Positions 1-7,170 of a stretch of 32,000 bases of DNA are shown here, piece after piece. Location of the stretch: NCBI GenBank assembly GCA_016700135.1, contig CP065004.1, forward strand, positions 1,140,001 to 1,172,000. Direction: 5' to 3'. The translations under genes and the position numbers were made by a program. Within the stretch, counting starts at the first letter, position 1; the number at the start of each line of letters is the position of its first letter. The notes under the pieces are model-generated. The model had not been told where the DNA came from. It searched no databases and worked only from the letters and a program-made list of their open reading frames with translations. This DNA comes from Candidatus Saccharimonadota bacterium (GTDB taxonomy: Bacteria; Patescibacteriota; Microgenomatia; UBA1406; GWC2-37-13).

Positions 1-53
1 GAGGAGCCGCTGCAGCAGTCGGTGTCTTTTTCTTTGCGCGGGCTGCCACGCCC

Positions 54-593
54 GTGGTCGTTGAGGAACCTCCCCTTTCACGCTTTCTCTTTGAAAGTAC
101 CGGTTCCGCCCCTCTTTGGCTCGCACTCCCCATTCTGGTGGGCTACGAATGGCTTGAAGCCGGTTTTCACAAGTTGGAAGACCCCGCCTGGCACAACGGT
201 GAGGCGATCCTCGGTTTTTGGACACGTGCCGCGTCTATTCCGGCAGAAGGCCGTCCGCTCGTCTCGTTTGACTGGTGGCGGTCGTTCCTGCAGTTCATGA
301 TCGATGCTGAATGGCACAGGTGGTTCGGGCCGTTGATCATGTACTCGGAAGTATTGGTCGGCATTGCGTTGATCATCGGCCTTTTCACGGGCATTGCCGC
401 TTTCGGCGGTGGGTTCATGAACTGGTCGTTCATGATGTCTGGAAGTGCCAGCTCAAATCCGATGCTCTTTGCGTTCTCGGTGCTGCTGGTGCTTGCGTGG
501 CGTGTGGCAGGGTGGTACGGCATTGACCGTTTCCTTCTCCCGATTCTCGGGACACCATGGCGGCCGGGCCGTGTGTTCCACGCGGAGACATAG
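54..593 (+). CDS. DoxX-family integral membrane protein. GTG start at 54, but the frame stays open to the window edge, so the true 5' end could lie upstream.
   Basis: 179-aa ORF with several hydrophobic helices. The N-terminal 'SRFLFES..APLWLALPILVGYEWLEAGFHKL' resembles DoxX/DoxD-like proteins. Codons are GC-rich, unlike the rest of the window. Confidence 0.6.
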   Translation: MVVEEPPLSRFLFESTGSAPLWLALPILVGYEWLEAGFHKLEDPAWHNGEAILGFWTRAASIPAEGRPLVSFDWWRSFLQFMIDAEWHRWFGPLIMYSEVLVGIALIIGLFTGIAAFGGGFMNWSFMMSGSASSNPMLFAFSVLLVLAWRVAGWYGIDRFLLPILGTPWRPGRVFHAET

Positions 594-606
594 TACAAGT
601 CGTATA

Positions 607-634
607 CTGCATCCTGCCTTCGGGCAGGGTGCAG
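607..634 (+). terminator. GC-rich hairpin downstream of the DoxX-like gene (putative intrinsic terminator)
   Basis: 12-bp stem ctgcatcctgcc / ggcagggtgcag (one G-U pair) with ttcg loop, 14 nt after the TAG stop. The downstream sequence is T-rich but has no immediate U-run. Confidence 0.5.
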
Positions 635-674
635 ATATACACCTTTTAACTGTTTTATTTATTCCAAAGAAAAA

Positions 675-716
675 CCGCCTGATGATCTGATGAAACTTCA
701 TCATGCCATGAGGCGG
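675..716. terminator. Compound hairpin flanked by an A-run and a T-rich run (possible bidirectional terminator)
   Basis: Outer stem ccgcct/aggcgg and inner stem tgatgaa/ttcatca. Preceded by aaagaaaaa and followed by cgtttctctt. Confidence 0.3.
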
Positions 717-934
717 CGTTTCTCTTGTACGTAAGCTTGTAGCTTACTCGTGCGGATTGTCCGCAGATGTCAGTGCAGATGGTTATCTGCATTGTGATAT
801 TGCCCAACGATTTTATTCGTTAAGCAGGTGTATTCTGTTGTAACTTCTGCACAAGCAGGTATGCTTATTTGTGATCACGCTCGTCGATGAACGGATCGCG
901 CTGGTACTGCTTCCAGTGAGCCGTTAGTTCTTCG

Positions 935-1234
935 TTAGCAAGAAGCTTCTGCAGCTTGTTCTCCGAAAAGTTGTCCCTGGATCTCGTGTCCCTTGACGCC
1001 GGCCCATTCCTGGGAGTCCCGGATCCGGGAGTAGACATCGCTCGCGACGCCGCCGATATACGGCTCGCCGCACGAGATGGAAGTCACATTCCCGTTTTGG
1101 TCGTAATAGGTCACACAGCCCTGCTGAGAAATTTCATCAGAATCCGCGGCATGCGCCTCAGCTGGCGCACTGACAAAACTGACCATCGTCATCATAATTG
1201 CTGCGATGACCAAGGTCATAAAGCGCTGAAGCAT
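935..1234 (-). CDS. Small secreted hypothetical protein (99 aa) with an N-terminal signal peptide
   Basis: 'MLQRFMTLVIAAIMMTMVSFVSAPAEA|HAAD' looks like a Sec signal with an AxA cleavage site. The mature part has three Cys. GC-rich codons. No family recognised. Confidence 0.6.
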   Translation of the reverse strand: MLQRFMTLVIAAIMMTMVSFVSAPAEAHAADSDEISQQGCVTYYDQNGNVTSISCGEPYIGGVASDVYSRIRDSQEWAGVKGHEIQGQLFGEQAAEASC

Positions 1235-1240
1235 GATACT

Positions 1241-1246
1241 CTCCTC
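1241..1246 (-). promoter_or_regulatory. Shine-Dalgarno GAGGAG for the 99-aa secreted protein gene
   Basis: The reverse complement of ctcctc lies 6 nt upstream of the ATG at 1234. Confidence 0.6.
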
Positions 1247-1464
1247 TTAGGGTACTTCTGAAATAAAAGGTGCGTGTAGAGCAAACCGCCTTCCACGTTT
1301 TGCTCTCCGTGTCAACTCGGATGACTGGACATCGGGAGCTGTTCCCTCTGCACGTTACACGCCAAGTTTTTGACGTTCAAATTATATCATAGTAGATCAT
1401 TAAAATCAAACTATAGGTCATATAGAGAAGATGTAAACTTTGGAATTCAGTCCATTGTATATTG

Positions 1465-2115
1465 TTATATCTGATTCAGAAGTTTATAGAGTATCAAGGC
1501 GAAAGCTTCCCGACGCGAATCGCGATTAGTGAAGGGTTTATTTTTGTCCTGGTCCCAGCAGACGCTTTCAACAGCAGGTGACAAAGAGTAGTCGTAATGC
1601 AGTTTTGAAGCAACCAGTTTTGCTCGGGCAATATGATACGGATCAGTCACTATAATGACTGAATCTAATTTTGCATCTGTAAGTATTTCCTTTGAGAATG
1701 CAAAATTTTCATAGGTCGATGTTGATTTGTTCTCAATAAGAATATCCTCAGTAGGTACGCCAGCTGCAATGGCAAATTTTTTCATATTCTCAGCTTCGTT
1801 TATGTTTGTACCTTCATCATTCCCTCCCGACATGAGAATTTTTGGTGCAAAACCTTCTTTATAAAGTTCAACTGCATGATCTACACGGGCAATAACACAC
1901 GGATTATAACGGGGCTTCTTTACAAATCCTTTTTGATTACAGATAGGTCCGTAGCATGAATTATCAGATTTGATAGTTCCGCCCAACACTATAATTACAT
2001 CGGATTTGACTTTTGTTTCATGTTCTGCCCTACTGTCGATGTAGATGAGTAATGAGATATATAAAACAAAAGCTGATGCAGCAAGGACAGCAAAAATTAT
2101 GAGAAATTTCTTCAT
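1465..2115 (-). CDS. YdcF/ElyC/SanA-like DUF218 protein with an N-terminal membrane anchor. Start moved to the internal ATG at 2115.
   Basis: 'VIIVLGG...ARVDHAVELYKEGFAPKILMSGG...STSTYENF...IIVTDPYHIARAK' matches the DUF218 pattern. 'MKKFLIIFAVLAASAFVLYISLL' is a TM anchor. A TATAAT box lies 6 nt upstream of this ATG. Confidence 0.75.
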   Translation of the reverse strand: MKKFLIIFAVLAASAFVLYISLLIYIDSRAEHETKVKSDVIIVLGGTIKSDNSCYGPICNQKGFVKKPRYNPCVIARVDHAVELYKEGFAPKILMSGGNDEGTNINEAENMKKFAIAAGVPTEDILIENKSTSTYENFAFSKEILTDAKLDSVIIVTDPYHIARAKLVASKLHYDYSLSPAVESVCWDQDKNKPFTNRDSRREAFALILYKLLNQI

Positions 2116-2121
2116 AATGAT

Positions 2122-2127
2122 ATTATA
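2122..2127 (-). promoter_or_regulatory. -10 box TATAAT, 6 nt upstream of the DUF218 ATG (leaderless-type)
   Basis: Plus strand reads attata at 2122-2127 and the ATG ends at 2115. The -35 is weak. Confidence 0.45.
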
Positions 2128-2170
2128 GCTCAGTAGTACCTGCGAATACCGGATCCCTAAATGTGTGGAT

Positions 2171-2608
2171 TTATGAAGATTCCTTAGTAGAAAATGTTTG
2201 AATGAATAGTAGTTCACGGGCGATTTCATCAATAATATCAGTATCCATAGCTTGTTCTAAAAACATAAAATTCAATCCACATTGAGATCCAATCATTGTC
2301 CAATATGCTTTAGGTGAAATTCTTGTTTCATTCTGTTGATTATATACTTCATATTCTCCCCAAAATCTCTCGTAAAATCCTTCAGAATATCCTTTGGGTA
2401 TATCAATTTCACTTCTTTGTTTTCTAAAAGCTCTTAGTTCTTCCAGTTCTGTAGGTGATAGATGTTTTATACTTGGTGCAGGACTTGAGTTGTATTTAGC
2501 ATAAAGCCAGCGGTATTTTACATATTCGACAGGATAGTCTCCTCTTAGGAGACGATCTAATTCCGCTTCATTTCTTTGGTCGTTTAATGATTTTCCTTCG
2601 TTATTCAT
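2171..2608 (-). CDS. Hypothetical protein (145 aa from ATG 2608). Its N-terminal module is shared with the neighbouring 313-aa protein.
   Basis: ORF-track ORF 2171..2617. The first ATG (2617) lies only 2 nt after the -10 box, so ATG 2608 (MNNEGK...) is the likelier start. No family recognised. Confidence 0.55.
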   Translation of the reverse strand: MNNEGKSLNDQRNEAELDRLLRGDYPVEYVKYRWLYAKYNSSPAPSIKHLSPTELEELRAFRKQRSEIDIPKGYSEGFYERFWGEYEVYNQQNETRISPKAYWTMIGSQCGLNFMFLEQAMDTDIIDEIARELLFIQTFSTKESS

Positions 2609-2619
2609 AATTAGCATGA

Positions 2620-2648
2620 ATTATAGCGGATAAAGAAAGGAAAGTCAA
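2620..2648 (-). promoter_or_regulatory. Consensus sigma70-type promoter TTGACT-17-TATAAT
   Basis: -35 at 2643-2648 (agtcaa on plus), a 17-nt spacer, and -10 at 2620-2625 (attata on plus). Confidence 0.6.
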
Positions 2649-2697
2649 TACTATAGGTTATTATTCAATACCTAGTGGTATATTCATTTAATTAGTA

Positions 2698-3639
2698 TTA
2701 ACGGTTCTTATATCCACGCTGCATATAAGCCCGTAATACGTTTTCTATTTCGTGTTCGTCTTTTTCCATATCCGCTACAAATCGTGCAAATATCCCCTCT
2801 CCGTATTCAGACTCTTTTCGTAGAAGATCTAACACATAATCAAAATCCGTATGTCTGAATGCTTTCAGAAGTATTCTCCAGTCTACGAGTTCCATTGCTT
2901 TGAATACTGATTCTGTAAAATGAGGATGCTGTTCATTTCTGGCAATTTGTAATTTTTGTTGTCTAATATCTCTTTCAAATCTACCGATATTTCCGTTTCT
3001 TTGATCAATTTCTGAGGTCACCAATTCAAATATTGTCGGATAAATCTCATCGTAAATTCCGGCCAATTGACCGCTTACAGTGGCAACCAGATATCCATCA
3101 ACTAACAGATGCTCAGTTGCTCCATTTTTCAAAACTTGTACCGGTCCTTCAAGCTTTAAACCCATTTGTCTAAATTGCTGCAAGAATTGATTGATTTGTG
3201 TTTGTCTATCCTCTGGCAATTGTTCAAGTGAAGTAGTTTGTGCCCGAGAATAATTATCGGTTGCCAACTCATGTGCGAGATATCGCTTAAGGTTCCTATC
3301 CGGAACAATTAAGGCACTTTCAGCTATTGAAATTGTTCTTGTGAGAGAATCATATTGAGCGATTTTCTTTTCTTCCGAGAGTTCGTGTTGTTCCTTGCTT
3401 TCAGCAGTTCCCTCTTCAACCATTTGTGCCCATATGGGAGTCCCTTTGAGTTGCTGTATTTCCGGATGAGATAATAGGGATAAAGAGGGATTGGAGTTAA
3501 TTTGAAGTCTTGGTAAAAGAAAATCCAAATCAGGCCGCTCTTCTGCTGGAAAGCCGCCTTTAGACCATACCTGTCGATCCAGTGACCGAGCCATCTCAAC
3601 TAAGCGATTACGTTGTTCATTTTCTTGTGTTTCCGGCAT
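2698..3639 (-). CDS. Hypothetical protein (313 aa), orphan
   Basis: Long uninterrupted ORF with its own promoter. No recognisable domain. The first ~65 aa resemble the 145-aa neighbour. Confidence 0.6.
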   Translation of the reverse strand: MPETQENEQRNRLVEMARSLDRQVWSKGGFPAEERPDLDFLLPRLQINSNPSLSLLSHPEIQQLKGTPIWAQMVEEGTAESKEQHELSEEKKIAQYDSLTRTISIAESALIVPDRNLKRYLAHELATDNYSRAQTTSLEQLPEDRQTQINQFLQQFRQMGLKLEGPVQVLKNGATEHLLVDGYLVATVSGQLAGIYDEIYPTIFELVTSEIDQRNGNIGRFERDIRQQKLQIARNEQHPHFTESVFKAMELVDWRILLKAFRHTDFDYVLDLLRKESEYGEGIFARFVADMEKDEHEIENVLRAYMQRGYKNR

Positions 3640-3645
3640 TTCTAT

Positions 3646-3673
3646 ATTATAGGACAGTAGATGCAGTTTTCAA
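3646..3673 (-). promoter_or_regulatory. Promoter TTGAAA-16-TATAAT, with the -10 box 6 nt before the ATG (leaderless-type)
   Basis: -35 at 3668-3673 (tttcaa on plus) and -10 at 3646-3651 (attata on plus). The ATG starts at 3639. Confidence 0.6.
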
Positions 3674-3721
3674 AGTATAAATGTTGCCTCGGACATAAAC
3701 TTCTCATCCAGTTAAATACAT

Positions 3722-3753
3722 AAAAAAAGACCCGGATAAACCGAGTCTTTTTT
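3722..3753 (-). terminator. Intrinsic terminator downstream of tRNA-Glu
   Basis: 9-bp stem aagacccgg/ccgagtctt. It is fully paired with one G-U in the minus-strand RNA but has a C-A mismatch in plus sense. A 5-nt loop is followed by a run of U in the minus sense. Confidence 0.7.
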
Positions 3754-3758
3754 CAGAG

Positions 3759-3832
3759 TGACCCCATGGGGATTCGAACCCCAGATTCCATGGATGAAAA
3801 CCATGTGTCCTAGGCCGCTAGACGATGGGGCC
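3759..3832 (-). tRNA. tRNA-Glu (anticodon UUC), no encoded CCA
   Basis: The reverse complement GGCCCCATCGTCTAGCGGCCTAGGACACATGGTTTTCATCCATGGAATCTGGGGTTCGAATCCCCATGGGGTCA folds as a cloverleaf. It has a 7-bp acceptor stem, a TTCGAAT T-loop and anticodon loop TT-TTC-AT. It resembles bacterial tRNA-Glu. Confidence 0.9.
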
Positions 3833-3850
3833 GTCTAAAACTGAACCTTT

Positions 3851-3880
3851 ATTTTAACAAATCCGATCCGATTTTTCCAA
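3851..3880 (-). promoter_or_regulatory. Possible tRNA-Glu promoter TTGGAA-18-TAAAAT
   Basis: -35 at 3875-3880 (ttccaa on plus) and -10 at 3851-3856 (atttta on plus), 18 nt before the mature tRNA 5' end. Confidence 0.4.
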
Positions 3881-3968
3881 CTCAATGCGTTTTGTGATTT
3901 ATTACAGATCTCTTCACAAACATTTATTTCCCTTCTACAAATCGTTATTATAATGTGAACGTCGTGAT

Positions 3969-3984
3969 TATATAGTACAATATA
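3969..3984 (+). promoter_or_regulatory. Imperfect 16-bp palindrome tatataGTACaatata overlapping a TACAAT -10 box (3976-3981). Candidate promoter/operator of the Doc module.
   Basis: Palindrome centred on GTAC with 5 of 6 arm positions matching. TACAAT lies 8 nt upstream of the ATG at 3990. Confidence 0.35.
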
Positions 3985-3989
3985 TCAAT

Positions 3990-4130
3990 ATGAAATTCGT
4001 CGTACGATTTTTTGACAAAATGTGGAACCGTGACAAAACGGAGACAAAACGGGAAGCCAAAACCAAACAGTTTGCAAAAGAAGTAACGCAAAAGTATCAA
4101 AAGACATTGCGGCGTCTTTCCTATGAGTAA
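3990..4130 (+). CDS. Uncalled 46-aa ORF (MKFVVRFFDKMWNRDKTETKREAKTKQFAKEVTQKYQKTLRRLSYE), putative antitoxin partner of the Doc-family toxin
   Basis: Translated by hand, since it is below the ORF-track size cut-off. Its TAA stop is 12 nt before the toxin ATG. It sits in the antitoxin-first position typical of phd-doc modules. It shares the exact heptapeptide FAKEVTQ with the toxin through synonymous codons. Confidence 0.55.
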   Translation: MKFVVRFFDKMWNRDKTETKREAKTKQFAKEVTQKYQKTLRRLSYE

Positions 4131-4142
4131 CGGTCATCTTCT

Positions 4143-4640
4143 ATGCATTATCTTGATCATGATGATTTTCAGATAATCTGCAAGGTTCTATCGGATTTTT
4201 TCAAGAAGGTAAAAGATCCGCCCCCGAATTACAGTCATACGTATTTTGAGAAGCTGGACAGCATCATTTCAATACCCAGAAGGACCTTTGATAAACAAGA
4301 CCTATACCCTACCCTTTTTCATAAAGCTGCCTGCTATCTGTATTTTATTAACAAGTTGCATCCCTTCAACAACGGAAATAAGCGCATATCAATTGTCGCA
4401 ACCGGTGTATTCCTCCGCTACAACAACTATGAACTCGATGTTGATGAGGATACCCTGTACGCATTCGCAAAGGAAGTGACACAGTCGCATAAACAGGATG
4501 AAGAGTTTGCAAAGGTTGTAGAGTTCGTAAAAAAATACTCACGACGGACTGACGGACGAAGATTTCCCGATTTGTTGAGCTGGCTTCAGTATATATTCAA
4601 AAACGCGAAAATCCCGAACTTTACTCCGCTAAAGAAATAA
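4143..4640 (+). CDS. doc: Fic/Doc-family protein, Doc (death-on-curing)-type toxin
   Basis: The motif 'HPFNNGNKR' matches the Doc variant HxFx(D/N)(A/G)NKR of the Fic motif. Its size and context, after a small upstream ORF, also fit. Confidence 0.75.
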   Translation: MHYLDHDDFQIICKVLSDFFKKVKDPPPNYSHTYFEKLDSIISIPRRTFDKQDLYPTLFHKAACYLYFINKLHPFNNGNKRISIVATGVFLRYNNYELDVDEDTLYAFAKEVTQSHKQDEEFAKVVEFVKKYSRRTDGRRFPDLLSWLQYIFKNAKIPNFTPLKK

Positions 4641-5006
4641 GTCAGTGGAGAGGTTCGGATAGTACTTCATTTCAAGCATAGTATTATCTTCGGAAAGTCG
4701 TATACCAATGACATCTATCTGAAATTTCTTGTTGTACAGTGCGTTGGAGTGAATATAAAACTGTACAGTACGAAGAAGTTTTGTTATTTTATGATACGTA
4801 ACTGCTTCGACCGGTAACCCCTGTTTTGTAGACTTCCTGGTCTTTACTTCGACAAAATGTATTACGTTATTCTTTTCAGCGATGATATCAATCTCTCCCC
4901 ATCGTGATGTGCTGTTCTTGGCATAAATAGCGTATCCTTTTGATTTCAGGAAAGCTATGGCAATTGATTCTCCGTATGAACCGGTCTTCTTATTATCGTA
5001 GGACAT
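4629..5006 (-). CDS. yraN: YraN-family (UPF0102) endonuclease-like protein
   Basis: 'GSYGESIAIAFLKSKGYAIYAKN...WGEIDIIAEK...VIHFVEVKTRKS' matches the YraN pattern. It overlaps the doc 3' end by 12 nt (convergent). Confidence 0.75.
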   Translation of the reverse strand: MSYDNKKTGSYGESIAIAFLKSKGYAIYAKNSTSRWGEIDIIAEKNNVIHFVEVKTRKSTKQGLPVEAVTYHKITKLLRTVQFYIHSNALYNKKFQIDVIGIRLSEDNTMLEMKYYPNLSTDLFL

Positions 5007-5069
5007 ATGATGTGTAATTACACCATAGTACTATTATCCGTATGAAAATACAATTGAGAAGAAAAAATA

Positions 5070-5405
5070 TTATTTCTGTCTGTAGAGTTTCTGTCGCATC
5101 TTTTTGCCTGAAAGATCACGGATGAAGTATGCCCGTGCTTTTTTGAATTCAGACTTTTTCTCGACTTTGATATCGTCGATAAAAGGAGATGACAAAGGAA
5201 AAATTCTCTCGACACCGATACCGCTTTTTGAAATTTTGCGGACCGTGATCATGCGTGTTGCTTCAGATGCACCGCGGATTTTGATGACAATACCGGAAAA
5301 CTGCTGAATACGTTCTTTATCGTCTGTTTCCTTGATTTTGTAGTCAACAGCAACAGTGTCTCCGATTGAGAGGCTATTGTCTTTGTATTGTATTGCGTTT
5401 GCCAT
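5070..5405 (-). CDS. rplS: 50S ribosomal protein L19
   Basis: 'GDTVAVDYKIKE..KERIQQFSGIVIKIRG....ITVRKIS.SGIGVERIFPLSSP' is the classic L19 signature. Confidence 0.9.
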   Translation of the reverse strand: MANAIQYKDNSLSIGDTVAVDYKIKETDDKERIQQFSGIVIKIRGASEATRMITVRKISKSGIGVERIFPLSSPFIDDIKVEKKSEFKKARAYFIRDLSGKKMRQKLYRQK

Positions 5406-5414
5406 AGATAGAGT

Positions 5415-5443
5415 ATTATACGAGAGATTGCAGAAAAAATCAA
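5415..5443 (-). promoter_or_regulatory. Promoter TTGATT-17-TATAAT upstream of rplS
   Basis: -35 at 5438-5443 (aatcaa on plus) and -10 at 5415-5420 (attata on plus), 9 nt before the ATG at 5405. Confidence 0.55.
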
Positions 5444-5461
5444 AGGAAATTGCAAAGAAGA

Positions 5462-7150
5462 TTACTTGTTGTGTTCCTTTGCTGCTTCAATGAATGCAAC
5501 GAATAACGGATGCGGGGTAAGAGGGCGGCTTTTATACTCAGGATGTCCCTGTGTCCCGATATAGAAAGGATGCGAATCTTCCGGAAGTTCGACGATTTCG
5601 GCCAGTTGCTCCACAACTGATCGTGCTGAAATCTTCATACCGTTCTTTTCAAACTGGTCTGTGTAATCGTCATTGAACTCATAACGATGACGATGGCGTT
5701 CACTTGTGATTCCGTCTTCACTGATGGGTCCGCCGTATTTCTTATAAAAATCATATGCGCGTGAATCTTTTTGTACTTTTGCTTCCCATGCTCCAAGTCT
5801 CATAGTACCGCCGTATGCCCTTCGTTCCATGAGCTCCTTCTGTGACGGGATGATATGGATGACGGGATTTACACCTTCAGGAGAGTTCTCAGCAGTGTTT
5901 GCATCTTTGATACCGATCACATGACGCGCAAATGCCACACAAGCAAGCTGCATGCCATAGCAAAGTCCCAAGTATGGAATCTTTTTTACTCTTGCGTAGT
6001 TTGCTGCTGCAATCATGCCTTCTGCTCCACGCTCTCCCCAACCGATCGGGACAATCAGCCCGTCCGGTGTTCCGACAATTTCGGCAATTTTTTCCATTGC
6101 TTCCTCGTCTGACAATCCGTCAAATTCAAGCTTTTCAGAGTTCACCCACTTGGTCTTTACTTCTACACCTACCTGCCACTTCGCATGGTCAATAGCATCA
6201 AACAGAGCTGCGTATGAGTCTTTCAGCTGGTAATCACCCGTTCCGAAGTACTTACCGACAATGGCTATTTCTACCGTCTTCTCTTTTTTTGTATTAATTT
6301 CCTCAACGAGTTTTGTCCAATCAGCCAGTTCAGGCTCTCTTACTTCAAGATGAAGCTTCTCAAGTATTTTTTTATCCATGTTTTGCTCATGCAGTGTTAG
6401 AGGAATTTCATAGATATTATTCAAATCAGGATTCGAAATGATCTCATCGGGATGCATATTGCAAAACAATGCAAAACGGTCTTTTCGTCTTTTATCAAGT
6501 TTTTTTGTAGATCTTGCGACGATGAAGTCCGGCTGAATGCCCATAGAATTGAGTGTGCGTACGGAAAGCTGTGTCGGCTTTGTTTTCGGCTCTCCCAAGT
6601 GTCCCGGTGTCGGAACATAGCTCACGTGTACGTGAATGACATCGTTCGGTTTTCTTAGTGTAAGGATGCGGGATGCTTCATAGTAAAAAATGTTCTGATA
6701 CTCTCCTGCCGTGCCGCCGAGTTCGATAATGACAATATCTGACTTGTTTTTCTCAGCAACAATATGAATGCGGCGGATAATTTCATCCGTGATGTGAGGA
6801 ATAGCTTCGACATCTTCTCCGTTGTATTCGAATCTGCGTTCACGGTCGATAACCGTTTTGTAGATCTTTCCCATTGTGACAAAGTTGTCCTTTGTCATGT
6901 TCTCACCCAAAAATTTTTCATACGTACCCATATCCATATCGGCTTCTGTACCGTCTTCACAAAGGAACGGATCACCGTGTTCAATAGGATTTATAGTACC
7001 GGCATCAAGATTCAGATAGTTTTCAAATTTGATCGGAGAGACTTTGTATCCTGCCTGTTTGAGAAGAAGAGCGATCGAAGCGGTTGTAACGCCTTTTCCA
7101 ATACCTGAAATAACACCACCGGAAACGAAAATATATTTCAAACCTTGCAT
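5462..7150 (-). CDS. pyrG: CTP synthase
   Basis: N-terminal 'KYIFVSGGVISGIGKG', GATase 'GLCYGMQ' and 'HRHRYEFN'. 562 aa, a full-length match to the family architecture. Confidence 0.95.
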   Translation of the reverse strand: MQGLKYIFVSGGVISGIGKGVTTASIALLLKQAGYKVSPIKFENYLNLDAGTINPIEHGDPFLCEDGTEADMDMGTYEKFLGENMTKDNFVTMGKIYKTVIDRERRFEYNGEDVEAIPHITDEIIRRIHIVAEKNKSDIVIIELGGTAGEYQNIFYYEASRILTLRKPNDVIHVHVSYVPTPGHLGEPKTKPTQLSVRTLNSMGIQPDFIVARSTKKLDKRRKDRFALFCNMHPDEIISNPDLNNIYEIPLTLHEQNMDKKILEKLHLEVREPELADWTKLVEEINTKKEKTVEIAIVGKYFGTGDYQLKDSYAALFDAIDHAKWQVGVEVKTKWVNSEKLEFDGLSDEEAMEKIAEIVGTPDGLIVPIGWGERGAEGMIAAANYARVKKIPYLGLCYGMQLACVAFARHVIGIKDANTAENSPEGVNPVIHIIPSQKELMERRAYGGTMRLGAWEAKVQKDSRAYDFYKKYGGPISEDGITSERHRHRYEFNDDYTDQFEKNGMKISARSVVEQLAEIVELPEDSHPFYIGTQGHPEYKSRPLTPHPLFVAFIEAAKEHNK

Positions 7151-7170
7151 ATGTAATTTTACTACATAAC

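Noticed and set aside
22-704. Multiple overlapping ORFs in both strands around the DoxX-like gene (22..300, 78..317, 167..598, 311..526, 430..642, 445..690, 453..704)
   Set aside because: These are typical shadow ORFs of GC-rich DNA. Only the 54..593 frame gives a coherent multi-helix membrane protein with family-like motifs.
866-1036. Alternative-frame minus-strand ORF overlapping the 3' end of the 99-aa gene (…ENKLQKLLANEELTAHWKQYQRDPFIDERDHK*), and the antisense ORF 956..1261
   Set aside because: They are short, lie in GC-rich sequence where spurious ORFs are frequent, have no start signal and no recognisable features.
2116-2232. ORF-track N-terminal extensions: 2232 (DUF218), 2617, 11209 (atpD), 14117 (atpH), 16213 (atpZ), 21070 (gatB), 25379 (lemA), 28276 (GH15), 28845 (pilin)
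   Set aside because: The extensions are not family-like. They run into repeat elements (atpD, atpH), an upstream gene (gatB), a promoter -10 box or an SD. Internal starts give canonical N-termini.
1380-3832. tRNA-Glu-associated genomic island or prophage remnant
   Set aside because: There is no integrase or recombinase, and I could find no direct repeat of the tRNA 3' end to the left. The accessory character rests only on orphan gene content and the nearby GC break.
3886-3954. 22-aa ORF (MRFVIYYRSLHKHLFPFYKSLL) in the tRNA-Glu / Doc-module spacer, and a 14-aa ORF at about 692-736
   Set aside because: They are too short, have no initiation signal at an appropriate distance, and lie in AT-rich or hairpin-rich spacers.
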